Source: Candidatus Cloacimonadales bacterium
GTDB lineage: Bacteria; Cloacimonadota; Cloacimonadia; Cloacimonadales; JAIOQZ01
DNA: 64,000 nucleotides
Reading direction: 5' to 3'
NCBI GenBank assembly: GCA_963674825.1
Contig: OY771587.1
Coordinates: 1,056,001-1,120,000, forward strand
Shown here one piece after another: positions 38,565 to 47,988 of the stretch. The notes under the pieces are model-generated. The model was not told the origin of the DNA. It did not search any database and saw only the letters and a program-made list of their open reading frames with translations. The position numbers and the translations under genes were made by a program. The number at the start of each line of letters is the position of its first letter. Positions within the stretch are counted from its first letter, which is position 1.

Positions 38565-41500
38565 CTATTTCTCGATCAGCAGCTTTCTTGCACGTTTCGG
38601 ATCGGTCCTTGTTTCCATTTCTCGCGATGCCTCCACCGCGGTGACCTTGTAGAAAATCTGATCGGCGACGAGAATCACGTTCTGATGTGTAAACGTTGCA
38701 TCCGTCACGGTAGTGATCAGGTTTCCTTCGTCCGCAGGGAATTCCGGAACACTGGAAGCGTAGATGTTATAGGATCCCACCGTTATCGGATCGCCATTGA
38801 CGTTCTGCGTCACGGCATCCCAAGTGAGAACAACATCGTTCCCAATTTGTTCGATCGCGATATTCTCCGGTGTTCTCGGCGGGAATGCGCTGTCTGTCGC
38901 GCCACTTACCTCTATGGAAAGAGCACAGCCATTGCCAGCCTCATCCACGGCTCTGATCCTGAAATAATAGGTCAGGCCGGGATTCAATCCACCAACGATA
39001 GACGATACGAAACCAAAGCCTGGATTTGCCAGGTTGGCGTCGTCCGTCCAGTCCCATACTTCATCATCGAGACCGACATTCGGCTCGGTGTCGTAATAGA
39101 CCTCGTAACCTTTGAAGAAATCGTCACTACTGACCAGCCACAGTACTTCTATACTCTCACTGGTAGCCGCGCCGGTCGCAGCCGCGTCGATCGAAGCCGG
39201 TGGCGTCGAATCGATGCGTACAGACCAATCGTCTCCAATTCCTTCCGTAGAAGCTGAGCCGCTATACGTTGGGCCATAGCCGTCTATATCCCAAGCTCGA
39301 AGTTCGTAGCACAATCCTTCACCCTGCGCGCTGTAGGTCGCATTCACACGAACCTGAAGCGTATCGGGTGTCGAGCGCATAGACATGGATTGGAATCCGG
39401 CTGTCAGGCCGGCATTCTGCCAAGTCTCTTCTGCGTCGTAAACTCCGTTTCCGTTGCTATCGAAGCGATATTCCACACTGGTGGGATCGATTCCGAAGTA
39501 GTCACTGAAGTCGCAGCCGATGGTCACGGTCGCGCTGGTGGACCACGGAGCCGGATCCTGCATAGGATAAGGGTTCAAACATACTGGAGCTAACGAGCGT
39601 GGTATGGAGACTACCTCATTGGAAAGCTCGGCATGGTTGCCAAAAGTATCGATTGCCTGGATGCGGAAGCGATAGAACATTCCCGCTTGCAGACCGGTGA
39701 CGGTCGTAAGGGCGGTCGATTGCTCATCCATCGCTGCATCATCCGTAATTGACCATTGGGTATCCGATTCACCGATACCGTCGTGCGATCCGTAGTAGAT
39801 CACGTAGCGATCGAAGTGAACGTCGGTCGCCGGTGTCCAGCTCAGGCTCACGCTGGTCGATGTTGTGTCGGTTACAGCCAGATCGTTGATGGTAGTCGGC
39901 AGGGTAGCGTCGATGTGCACGAAATAATCGTCGCTATAGACGATGCCACTCTGCATAGTATCTTCGCCACGGAACTGGAATTGCAGCATGTCGCCATCCA
40001 CTTCGTAGAGCGCGTTCACGCGAACCGTGATGCTGTCTGAGTCGGTATAGCCGATAATGGGCTGCCACGCCTCTTCGGTATCATAGATCATGTTGCCGTT
40101 TGCGTCAAAGCGATATTCGAGCGAGGAGGCATCCACCTCGTAATCGTCCTTAAACGTCGCACCAATGGTGACATTGCGATAGGTAAATCCCGGAGGATCG
40201 ACCTGTGCAGGATATGGCTCGACAATCTCCGGCGGCTGCGCCATCAGGCAACTCACCACATTAGAGAGCTCACCCACGTTTCCGCTGGTATCCACGCCGC
40301 GAATCGCGAACCAGTACCAGGCATTGTAGGGCATTCCGCTTACGGTTGTCGAATCGGTCTCCATCGAGCTCAGATAGACGTCGTCGTTATTGTTCCATAC
40401 CGGGTCGTCGGTTGTCACTTCGCTGTCTGCGGACCAATATACCTCGTAGTGCGAGAAGTAGAGGTCCTGGCAGGGTGTCCAGCGCAGCTTCACCGTCTCG
40501 CCAATCACTTCATCGACCGCAAGGTCGGTGATCTGCGTGGGATCGGTGCTGTCGTCAACGATTCCGGTAATGTACAGGTCGTCTATATTCCAGTAAGCCG
40601 CGTAGTAGCTTGTGGAAACGAACAGCCACCGGAACTGCACGTAGGCCTGATGGTTCGCAACCACTCCCGGTGTGAACTGCGCCACACCGCTGGTAGCTGT
40701 GTTCCAGGAGGACAGTGTCGTCCAGGTCACTCCGTTATTGGATATCTGGAAATAGGCCGTGCAGTTGGTGTTGGGCGAGAAATCGTGCTGGAAACTAACC
40801 TGCACACTTGTAAAGATGGACAGGTTGTACACAGGCGAGATCAACTGCTCGTTGGAAGTGCGCAGCATGGTGTTTTCAACGCGCATGCTGTAGTCGTCTC
40901 CGCTGTCGTTAGCAGGCTGCCACTGGAACGTAGTATTTCCAGAATGGATAACATTCCAGCCATCTGGAAGCGCTCCGGCGTGATCGAAATCCTCGGTCGT
41001 GTCCAGTGCTCCGATCACCTTGATGGATACGGGATCGATCGCGGTCAGATCTGTTTCGTCTTCAGCGACGATGTAGAGGGTTTCCAGTCCATACCAATCC
41101 ATCGCAGGTGTGAAGGTAATCGTCGTATCCGCGTTGATCACGTAACCGATATGATTGCTTCCGGTTACAGTGAATTCAAGGGGATATGAATCGAGATCTT
41201 CGAACACCTCATTCAAGTTCACGGTAGTGTAATCCTCATTCATCTGAATTTCCACCAGACCAATGGGGTTGATCACCGTAGGTGACTGATAGACATTGAG
41301 TATCTCGAGATCGACCGTGATGATTTTCTCGATTTCATCTTCATTTTCCGCCGTAATCTCAATCTCGTAGGTTCCAGCGGAAGTATGATCGGTCTGCCAG
41401 GTGAAAGTCGCTGTCCAATCACCGTTATCGGTGAAGGTGCTTCCTTCGGGCAGTCCGGTTGCTTCGTAAGAAATAGCCTGATAGAGCGGCTCTGTGGCAG

Positions 41501-42713
41501 TAACAGTGAATTCCACCAAGTCGCCTTCGCTCGCCGTGATGGGATCGATGGGATCGACATGCGGTCCGATCTTGCCCACGTAGAGGTTACCGCTGTGCAG
41601 AACCGCCTGCGGATCGCCTTCGTTGAACATCAGGCTCACAAAGTCGAACGTTGTACGATCTTCAAGCTCACCCGTCGCCTCGAACTCAATGAAGAGGAAC
41701 GGATCGGAACCTTCTATGGGGGTGGTTCCGTAGTGAGAGACCAGGATATCGCCGTCCGGCAGAACGCGCCAGACCGGTTCACCCCAGCTCTCGGTCGAAG
41801 AACCGACAGCAGTGGCACCCACAGCCTGCACAATGCTCAGATCGGTATGGATGCGGGTATAGACCGAGTAGATCTCCAGTCCAGTCGCCTGATTTGCATA
41901 GATACCCACCGGCTGTGTTTCGCCGGGCATGATAGCCCAGTCGTCCAGCCATACGTCGAGGGTTTCCACCACTTGGATATCAACCCACATTGTGTCAGCG
42001 TAGCTACCGTTGTCCGCCACGAATCCCACGGTGTAGTCACCGCTTTGAAGCAGCGTAGGTTGCCACGAGAAATCAGCGTCTCCTCCACCATTATCGGTGA
42101 ACGATGCGCCGGTCGGAATATCGATGATCGTCAGCCCAAGCGGCTGTGATTGAGGATCATGCGCAATGATATTGAGCTCAAGCAGGTCTTCTTCTCCAAT
42201 GAGCTGATCCTCGATGGGATCGAACCAGGGGATACGATTGGTGATCGTGAGGCTACCATCGGTAACGCCCAGATCGTATCCGCCTTCGTTGAAGATGAAC
42301 TGCTCGAAGGTAAGTGCCGTGTAAGCATCTTCACCAGCCGGTACCCAGAATTCGAGGTTGAACAGGGTTCCCGCACCGGTAAGCGCTTGCGTGCCGAACG
42401 CGGAGATAGTGATCTCTCCGGCATTGGCTTGATTCCAGGTCGGATCACCCCAGGAATCTGTCAGGGAGCCATCATTGCCTACACCTGTCAGCGAAACCAG
42501 CGTTGAATCGAACGTGATTCGCGTATAGATCGAATAGACATCCTGGCCCGTTGTTTCGGTGACATAGACGGGTACGGTCACTGCTTCACGCCGGTTCGCG
42601 GTGGAATCCGGCATCCAGACATCCATATCGGTGGCGAACAGCCATCCAAATGTCAGCAGCAACAGTATCCACAGCCAGCGAGGTGGTCCGCTATTTGATA
42701 CATGTCTTCGCAT
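38565..42713 (-). CDS. Large secreted scaffold-like protein: two cohesin-like domains, Ig/cadherin-like repeats, jelly-roll domain, FN3 repeats, C-terminal FN3-like domain
   Basis: Signal peptide; VTVPVYV...SIYTRITFD...GTLFNLEF...FNEG...DGSLTI and a second copy (PVGIYAN...SVYTRI...FLFIEF...FNEG); FN3 motifs such as Y.F.IRAVDEAGN. No FlgD CTD. Confidence 0.8.
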   Translation of the reverse strand: MRRHVSNSGPPRWLWILLLLTFGWLFATDMDVWMPDSTANRREAVTVPVYVTETTGQDVYSIYTRITFDSTLVSLTGVGNDGSLTDSWGDPTWNQANAGEITISAFGTQALTGAGTLFNLEFWVPAGEDAYTALTFEQFIFNEGGYDLGVTDGSLTITNRIPWFDPIEDQLIGEEDLLELNIIAHDPQSQPLGLTIIDIPTGASFTDNGGGDADFSWQPTLLQSGDYTVGFVADNGSYADTMWVDIQVVETLDVWLDDWAIMPGETQPVGIYANQATGLEIYSVYTRIHTDLSIVQAVGATAVGSSTESWGEPVWRVLPDGDILVSHYGTTPIEGSDPFLFIEFEATGELEDRTTFDFVSLMFNEGDPQAVLHSGNLYVGKIGPHVDPIDPITASEGDLVEFTVTATEPLYQAISYEATGLPEGSTFTDNGDWTATFTWQTDHTSAGTYEIEITAENEDEIEKIITVDLEILNVYQSPTVINPIGLVEIQMNEDYTTVNLNEVFEDLDSYPLEFTVTGSNHIGYVINADTTITFTPAMDWYGLETLYIVAEDETDLTAIDPVSIKVIGALDTTEDFDHAGALPDGWNVIHSGNTTFQWQPANDSGDDYSMRVENTMLRTSNEQLISPVYNLSIFTSVQVSFQHDFSPNTNCTAYFQISNNGVTWTTLSSWNTATSGVAQFTPGVVANHQAYVQFRWLFVSTSYYAAYWNIDDLYITGIVDDSTDPTQITDLAVDEVIGETVKLRWTPCQDLYFSHYEVYWSADSEVTTDDPVWNNNDDVYLSSMETDSTTVSGMPYNAWYWFAIRGVDTSGNVGELSNVVSCLMAQPPEIVEPYPAQVDPPGFTYRNVTIGATFKDDYEVDASSLEYRFDANGNMIYDTEEAWQPIIGYTDSDSITVRVNALYEVDGDMLQFQFRGEDTMQSGIVYSDDYFVHIDATLPTTINDLAVTDTTSTSVSLSWTPATDVHFDRYVIYYGSHDGIGESDTQWSITDDAAMDEQSTALTTVTGLQAGMFYRFRIQAIDTFGNHAELSNEVVSIPRSLAPVCLNPYPMQDPAPWSTSATVTIGCDFSDYFGIDPTSVEYRFDSNGNGVYDAEETWQNAGLTAGFQSMSMRSTPDTLQVRVNATYSAQGEGLCYELRAWDIDGYGPTYSGSASTEGIGDDWSVRIDSTPPASIDAAATGAATSESIEVLWLVSSDDFFKGYEVYYDTEPNVGLDDEVWDWTDDANLANPGFGFVSSIVGGLNPGLTYYFRIRAVDEAGNGCALSIEVSGATDSAFPPRTPENIAIEQIGNDVVLTWDAVTQNVNGDPITVGSYNIYASSVPEFPADEGNLITTVTDATFTHQNVILVADQIFYKVTAVEASREMETRTDPKRARKLLIEK

Positions 42714-42793
42714 ATCTTGTTTCCTTTTCTGCGATTAAAGATCAATTTTCGTCGTTCATATCCGTGATCTAGCATCGGTTGATGCTGCGGATA

Positions 42794-45700
42794 TTACTTG
42801 ATGAGTATCATCTTGCGGATGCTGCTGAAGTCACCGGCATTGATCCGGTAGAAATAGACACCGCTGGCGTTGTTGTCGGCATTCCAGACAGCCTTGTAGC
42901 TGCCGGCAGCGTGCTTGTCGTTAACCAGCGTCGTGACCTTCTGTCCTTTCACGTTGTAAACGTCTATGGTTACGTGACACGGAGTCGCGATATCATAAGC
43001 GATAGTCGTAATCGGGTTGAACGGATTCGGGTAGTTCTGCGAAACACCGAACTTCGCCGGTGCGACATCTTCCCCATCGGCATCCAGCACCTCGACGTAA
43101 CCGGCAAAAGCCTCGTCGAACATGCAATATGCGATGTCGATATCTTCTGCGCCCTGCTCAGCATCGAAAAGGAACGAAACCACCGGCTGCGCAGTCGCCA
43201 GCTGTTCTGTCGCGAAACCGGCAACGCGGATTGAACCGCCCTGATCGTTGGCAGTAACCTGAATGTCGTCCAGATCGCCAGCAACTTCGTAACCGACGTA
43301 GGTGAACTGATCCTGGTTGTAGTCGATACGGCTGATGAACGAATAGAATTCGTCATCGAAGCGGACGTTCACACGAACGCGGCCGTTTTCGTCACGCGCC
43401 AGAGTTCCGAGATCCCAGAGGTCCGGAATGGTGCGTTCAGTCGAGCCAGGGTAGTTTCCGGAAGGATCGCCGATCACAATACCGGTGAAGTTGCGCACGA
43501 GGCTGGTTCCTTCCAGTTCGATGGCATAGGACGACGGATTGAACGCCCAGATACCTGCGGAAAATTCGTCAATGAGTCCAACCGAGTATTGTGCCATGAG
43601 TGCTGCGTCGTAAACGGTGGGATAATAGTCGCCATTCACGTCTGCCGCTGTTTCCTGGTTCGCGTCGAAGATGATCAGACCCAGCGCATAGCGAGCTGTG
43701 AGTGATGCATCGTACGGGGTGATGGTGAGATCCGGGATCGGATCGGTGGAAGAAACAGCCAGTGAATAGCTGCCTGCATGGTGTGTCGGGAAGCTATAAG
43801 CGCCAGATCCATCGGTGTAAAGCGAATCGCTTTCGTAACCGGTCAGGACAAGCTTGGCGTTTCCGACGGCAATGCGGGACGGCGTGAAGTAATTGATACC
43901 ACCGCTGATGGTGTAAGCATTGCGAATGGTGAATGTTCCGTCGTTTTCGGTCACGGTCATCGAGCCATCGTTGACTTCGGTATCGCTGAAGTTAAGCTGG
44001 CAGGTCTCAAAATCGAGCGCGTCGCTTGCAATATCGAACACGATGTTTATGAGGGTACCATCTGTAGGCAGATGACTCGTGCTGTAGCCGCTTACGGTAA
44101 TCTGGCCCTGTGTGGCGTCGTTATAGTTAATCGCCCAACCATCGGTAAGAGTGCCGGTATTATCGACATCCGAGACAGTCAGAAGCGTGTAATCGAACGC
44201 GAGAGTAAACTGGAACGAGATGATCTCGAACGGATCGATCGAGTTGATGATCTCGACCGGCAGCACAAGCTGATTTCCAGCTTCGCCGGTAATCTCGTCG
44301 GACGCGTTGATGCTAAGCGGACCGACCATCACCTGACCCGGTGCATAGGATACGACGGGAGGATTCACACCGTCATCGATAACGCCGTAGATGTAATACA
44401 GCGAGTGCGGTGTATTGGCGAAGTTCCAGGTATAGCTGTCAGCTGCGCTATCTTCGTGAATATTGGATGTAATCAACGTACCGGTGGTGTCGTGACCATC
44501 GTCGTAATAGAGGCTGATCAGCGCGTCGTCTTCGATGTCGATGTCATCCCATTGAATGCTTAGGCTCGATGGATTGAGCGTGAGTTCTGCCGGTGTGAGA
44601 ACCGCAAAATCAGGCGCGAAGTTGCTCAGGGTCGTACCTGCAGTCGGGATCTCAGCAACCTGAGAACCTTCGTAGTTCACAGTCGATGCGATCACTTGGT
44701 AAACCTGATCATCCACGCCATTGACTTGTCCCCACCAGTTGTACCTTGCATCGATTGAACCAGCGGTGTTGTTTGTGGTAAGACCGACCTGAAACGGTTC
44801 GTCTTTATACCGAATCTCGGAGATACGGCCATACTGACTCGATGTATAGTAATAATATACATACACTCGCCAGTCATTTGCGTTTGATGTGCTATTGATC
44901 GTCACCCATGTGTCGAAACTGGTGTTGGATGATGTATTATAATTAGACACTGAGTAAACGTTTGATCCAGCAGCTATCGCTTGAAACTCATAGTCGCTCG
45001 AAGAGCTGCTGTGATTCGCATAACCCTGCACGTGAATCTGATCAACCAGAGAAATAGGGAACTGCGAGTAGTAGTAATTGCTGTAGCCCGAAGTCGAGTA
45101 GAGGTAGCTGGTCGAAAGTGGTTCCGAAACATCGGGATCGGTTCCATTACCATAAATGTTACAGTAATTGATGGTGGGATAGGAGTTTTCCCGAACCATG
45201 AAACCGTTCTGCGTGTTTGCGATGATGTCCGAATAGATGATGGAGCCTTCGCTGCCATCTTCGTAGTTCACGCCAAAACCATCATTGTAGTTGATTGCGC
45301 AGTATTGAAATTCGGGAGCGGATGCACTGCCTTCAATCTGAATACCGGTCTTCTCATTGTAGGAGACATCGGTGTTGCTGATCTCGGGAGTCGAGTTGAC
45401 GCAATAGATACCATAGTTGGTATTGCTTGCAGCGCGGCTGTTTGCGATCACCGCATTTGTACAGCTGCTGAACCACATACCGTAACCGTTGGTGGAGGAA
45501 ACGATCAGTCCATCACCGTTGACAATTGCGTTTGTCCCGGCCTTGAAGCCATAGCCTGTTCCGGTCGACGGAGCAGCCGTCTCGAAGATGATAAGATCGT
45601 TGAGACTGGTAAGGCCGCTGTATGAATTTGCGACTTCCATACCGTAGCCCTTGCTATAGGCGATCATGCCATTGTTGAATGTAACGTATTTATCAGCGAT

Positions 45701-46096
45701 ATAGACACCCATTACGGCGTATTTAATCTCTGTGTGATTGAGAATGGAATAGACGCTTGTCGTATTCATGAAATCAATTCCAGCCCAGTCGCCGGGAGCA
45801 GGAGAGTCTTCGTTGGAGGTGAAGACAACAGGATTATTAGCAGTTCCATTGGTCAGAAGTCTTCCCTGGACGATGAAATCGGTATCACCGAGGCCGTCAC
45901 TATTGGCGTCCACCTTGGTGAAGGTGACTGTCACGCCTGCGTCGATGGTGAGCACAACACCGGAAGCAACCGTCACATCGCCGGTGATGATGATGTCATC
46001 CGACCACTGGGTGTTTTCCGAGATGGTGCCGCTGAAGGCAAACATCATGCCAGCCAAGAAGATACAGAAGCTGGTAAGTAGCAATCGCTTTTTCAT
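42794..46096 (-). CDS. Secreted protein: right-handed beta-helix, cohesin, dockerin-like domain, second cohesin-like domain, FlgD/T9SS-type CTD
   Basis: GTISENTQW...PVVFTS...PGDWAGI beta-helix start; LVLPVEI...SFQFTLAFD...GTLINIVF cohesin; ITPYDASL...AADVNGDYYPTVYDAALMAQYSVG and GDPSGN dockerin motifs; NYPNPFNP...RKMILIK. Confidence 0.85.
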   Translation of the reverse strand: MKKRLLLTSFCIFLAGMMFAFSGTISENTQWSDDIIITGDVTVASGVVLTIDAGVTVTFTKVDANSDGLGDTDFIVQGRLLTNGTANNPVVFTSNEDSPAPGDWAGIDFMNTTSVYSILNHTEIKYAVMGVYIADKYVTFNNGMIAYSKGYGMEVANSYSGLTSLNDLIIFETAAPSTGTGYGFKAGTNAIVNGDGLIVSSTNGYGMWFSSCTNAVIANSRAASNTNYGIYCVNSTPEISNTDVSYNEKTGIQIEGSASAPEFQYCAINYNDGFGVNYEDGSEGSIIYSDIIANTQNGFMVRENSYPTINYCNIYGNGTDPDVSEPLSTSYLYSTSGYSNYYYSQFPISLVDQIHVQGYANHSSSSSDYEFQAIAAGSNVYSVSNYNTSSNTSFDTWVTINSTSNANDWRVYVYYYYTSSQYGRISEIRYKDEPFQVGLTTNNTAGSIDARYNWWGQVNGVDDQVYQVIASTVNYEGSQVAEIPTAGTTLSNFAPDFAVLTPAELTLNPSSLSIQWDDIDIEDDALISLYYDDGHDTTGTLITSNIHEDSAADSYTWNFANTPHSLYYIYGVIDDGVNPPVVSYAPGQVMVGPLSINASDEITGEAGNQLVLPVEIINSIDPFEIISFQFTLAFDYTLLTVSDVDNTGTLTDGWAINYNDATQGQITVSGYSTSHLPTDGTLINIVFDIASDALDFETCQLNFSDTEVNDGSMTVTENDGTFTIRNAYTISGGINYFTPSRIAVGNAKLVLTGYESDSLYTDGSGAYSFPTHHAGSYSLAVSSTDPIPDLTITPYDASLTARYALGLIIFDANQETAADVNGDYYPTVYDAALMAQYSVGLIDEFSAGIWAFNPSSYAIELEGTSLVRNFTGIVIGDPSGNYPGSTERTIPDLWDLGTLARDENGRVRVNVRFDDEFYSFISRIDYNQDQFTYVGYEVAGDLDDIQVTANDQGGSIRVAGFATEQLATAQPVVSFLFDAEQGAEDIDIAYCMFDEAFAGYVEVLDADGEDVAPAKFGVSQNYPNPFNPITTIAYDIATPCHVTIDVYNVKGQKVTTLVNDKHAAGSYKAVWNADNNASGVYFYRINAGDFSSIRKMILIK

Positions 46097-46391
46097 AAGG
46101 TTCTCCTTTATTAATGTATTGAGTTTCTTCGAATCAATTTACAAATTGTGAATCCGTTATAGCAGCTGTCAATTATTTCTTTTGGCGAAGCTTAGCCATC
46201 ACCACCGCTTTCACACATTAAAATGAATTTCCAGCAGAAATTCCATTATAACTGCCATCGAAGAAAAGAAATATCCATTTGCGCTTCTGAACGGGCATCC
46301 AGTAACTACCGTCTTTGTGGCTTCCGTTTTTTCCTTGACAATCCATATCGCGGTTCAAAATGCGTGTATATTCTAACAAAGGAGTCATATC

Positions 46392-46562
46392 ATGGCAGTG
46401 AAAGTTGACATTGAGAAGTGCATCGGCTGTGGCGCATGCATCGATACATGCCCAGTAAGCGCGCTTGAAATGGATGGCGATAAAGTTAAAGTCGACGAAG
46501 GTACCTGTGTCGATTGCGGCGCATGCGTCGACGGTTGCCCCGTGGAAGCTCTTTCCATGTAA
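46392..46562 (+). CDS. 2[4Fe-4S] ferredoxin, 56 aa (below the ORF-track cutoff)
   Basis: MAVKVDIEKCIGCGACIDTCPVSALEMDGDKVKVDEGTCVDCGACVDGCPVEALSM has two CxxCxxCxxxCP motifs; AAGGAG RBS. Confidence 0.96.
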   Translation: MAVKVDIEKCIGCGACIDTCPVSALEMDGDKVKVDEGTCVDCGACVDGCPVEALSM

Positions 46563-46580
46563 TTCAACAGCAAGGTTTTC

Positions 46581-46608
46581 AGGCAGGACTTCGGTTCTGC
46601 CTTTTTTT
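46581..46608 (+). terminator. Rho-independent terminator after the ferredoxin
   Basis: AGGCAGGAC-ttcg-GTTCTGCCT followed by a T run. Confidence 0.9.
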
Positions 46609-46729
46609 ATACTCGGAAATCGATCGTCTCAACTTCTTCAATTCGAGCCCAGTGGATAAAAACCTTGCGAAAAAACGACACGCAATAAAATTGGATTCAT
46701 AATGTGAATGATATTTCCATGGAGGAATT

Positions 46730-47875
46730 ATGGATTACTTTCTGACTGAAGAACAGCTCGAGATCAAAGACCTCGCGCGCAAGGTAGCCGAAGAAAAGCT
46801 CAAACCGCTGCGTCAGCATCTCGACGAAAATAACGAATTTTCCTGGGACGTCGTCAAGGCGATCGCCCAGACCGACCTCTTTGCTGTCCTCGTACCGGAA
46901 GAGTACGGCGGAATCAGCGGTAAAGTCCTCGACCTCTCCATCGTTACCGAAGAGCTCAGCGTTGTTGACGCCGGCTCCGCGCTCGGTTTCGGCGCTACCG
47001 GACTGGGCATGTATCCCATCCTGATCAGCGGCTCGGAAGAACAAAAGCAGAAATATCTGCCTGACGTGGCCGATGGCAAGCGCCTCTGCGCCTTCGGACT
47101 CACCGAAGCAAACGCTGGCTCCGACGCCGGCGGTATCGAGACAACCGCGGTACTCGACGGCGACCACTACGTGCTCAACGGCACCAAGCAGTGGATCACC
47201 AACGGCGGCGAAGCAGACATCTATACCGTGTTCGCGCTTACCGACAAGGGCAAGGGCGCTCGTGGCGCATCCTGCATCATCGTCGAGAAGGGAACGCCGG
47301 GCTTCAGCTTTGGCAAGAAGGAAGACAAGATGGGTATCCGCGCATCCGCGACCCGCGAACTGATCTTCGAAGACTGCCGCGTACCGAAGGAAAACCTGCT
47401 CGGTAAAGAAGGCCAGGGCTTCATGATTGCGATGAAGACATTCGACAAGTCTCGCCCGATGGTGGGCTCGCAGGCTGTCGGTATCGCTCGAGGAGCATAC
47501 GAGGAAGCCGCGCGTTACTCCAAGGAACGCAAGCAGTTCGGCAAGCCGATCTCCAGCTTCCAGGCCATCCAGTTCATGCTGGCGGACATGGCGACCCAGA
47601 TCGAAGCCGCACGCGCGCTCGTTTACGCCACCAGCCGCATGATCGATTCCGGCTGCAAGAAGTTCAGCAAGGAATCCGCAATGTGCAAGACCTTCGCGTC
47701 AGACGTCGCGATGAAGGTCACCGTGGACGCCGTGCAGATCCTCGGTGGATACGGCTACATGAAGGAATACCCGGTCGAGAAGATGATGCGCGATGCCAAG
47801 ATCACCCAGATCTACGAAGGCACCAACCAGATCCAGCGCTCCATCATCGCCTCGAACCTGCTCAAAGAATTCTAA
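46730..47875 (+). CDS. Acyl-CoA dehydrogenase (butyryl-CoA dehydrogenase-like)
   Basis: FGLTEANAGSDA, NGTKQWITNG, EDKMGIRAS, RKQFGKPI..FQAIQF, GGYGY, IYEGTNQIQR. Confidence 0.95.
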   Translation: MDYFLTEEQLEIKDLARKVAEEKLKPLRQHLDENNEFSWDVVKAIAQTDLFAVLVPEEYGGISGKVLDLSIVTEELSVVDAGSALGFGATGLGMYPILISGSEEQKQKYLPDVADGKRLCAFGLTEANAGSDAGGIETTAVLDGDHYVLNGTKQWITNGGEADIYTVFALTDKGKGARGASCIIVEKGTPGFSFGKKEDKMGIRASATRELIFEDCRVPKENLLGKEGQGFMIAMKTFDKSRPMVGSQAVGIARGAYEEAARYSKERKQFGKPISSFQAIQFMLADMATQIEAARALVYATSRMIDSGCKKFSKESAMCKTFASDVAMKVTVDAVQILGGYGYMKEYPVEKMMRDAKITQIYEGTNQIQRSIIASNLLKEF

Positions 47876-47897
47876 TCAGCTATACGCTACATACTAC

Positions 47898-47927
47898 AAA
47901 CCTCCACGGGTAACCGTGGAGGTTTTT
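47898..47927 (+). terminator. Rho-independent terminator
   Basis: AAACCTCCACGG-gtaa-CCGTGGAGGTTT followed by T residues. Confidence 0.9.
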
Positions 47928-47962
47928 CTTATTCTCTGCATCCCCCGGACAATGGGAATGGC

Positions 47963-47988
47963 GTGTCACCCTGAGCGAAGTCGAAGGG
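47963..47988 (-). repeat. REP-like element (copy of 11993-12018)
   Basis: GTGTCACCCTGAGCGAAGTCGAAGGG abuts the stop codon of the TPR gene. Confidence 0.85.

Noticed and set aside
38565..46096. A true cellulosome
   Set aside because: No glycoside hydrolase or CBM3 was recognised, only one dockerin is present, and the neighbouring deacetylase has no dockerin. Retained only as a cohesin-dockerin scaffold hypothesis.
46335..46361. Lineage-specific promoter consensus from recurring TTGACA hexamers (also near 1180, 8099, 17952, 28393, 30970, 51968)
   Set aside because: The -35 boxes are clear, but the downstream -10 sequences and spacings were inconsistent, so no consensus can be supported by eye.
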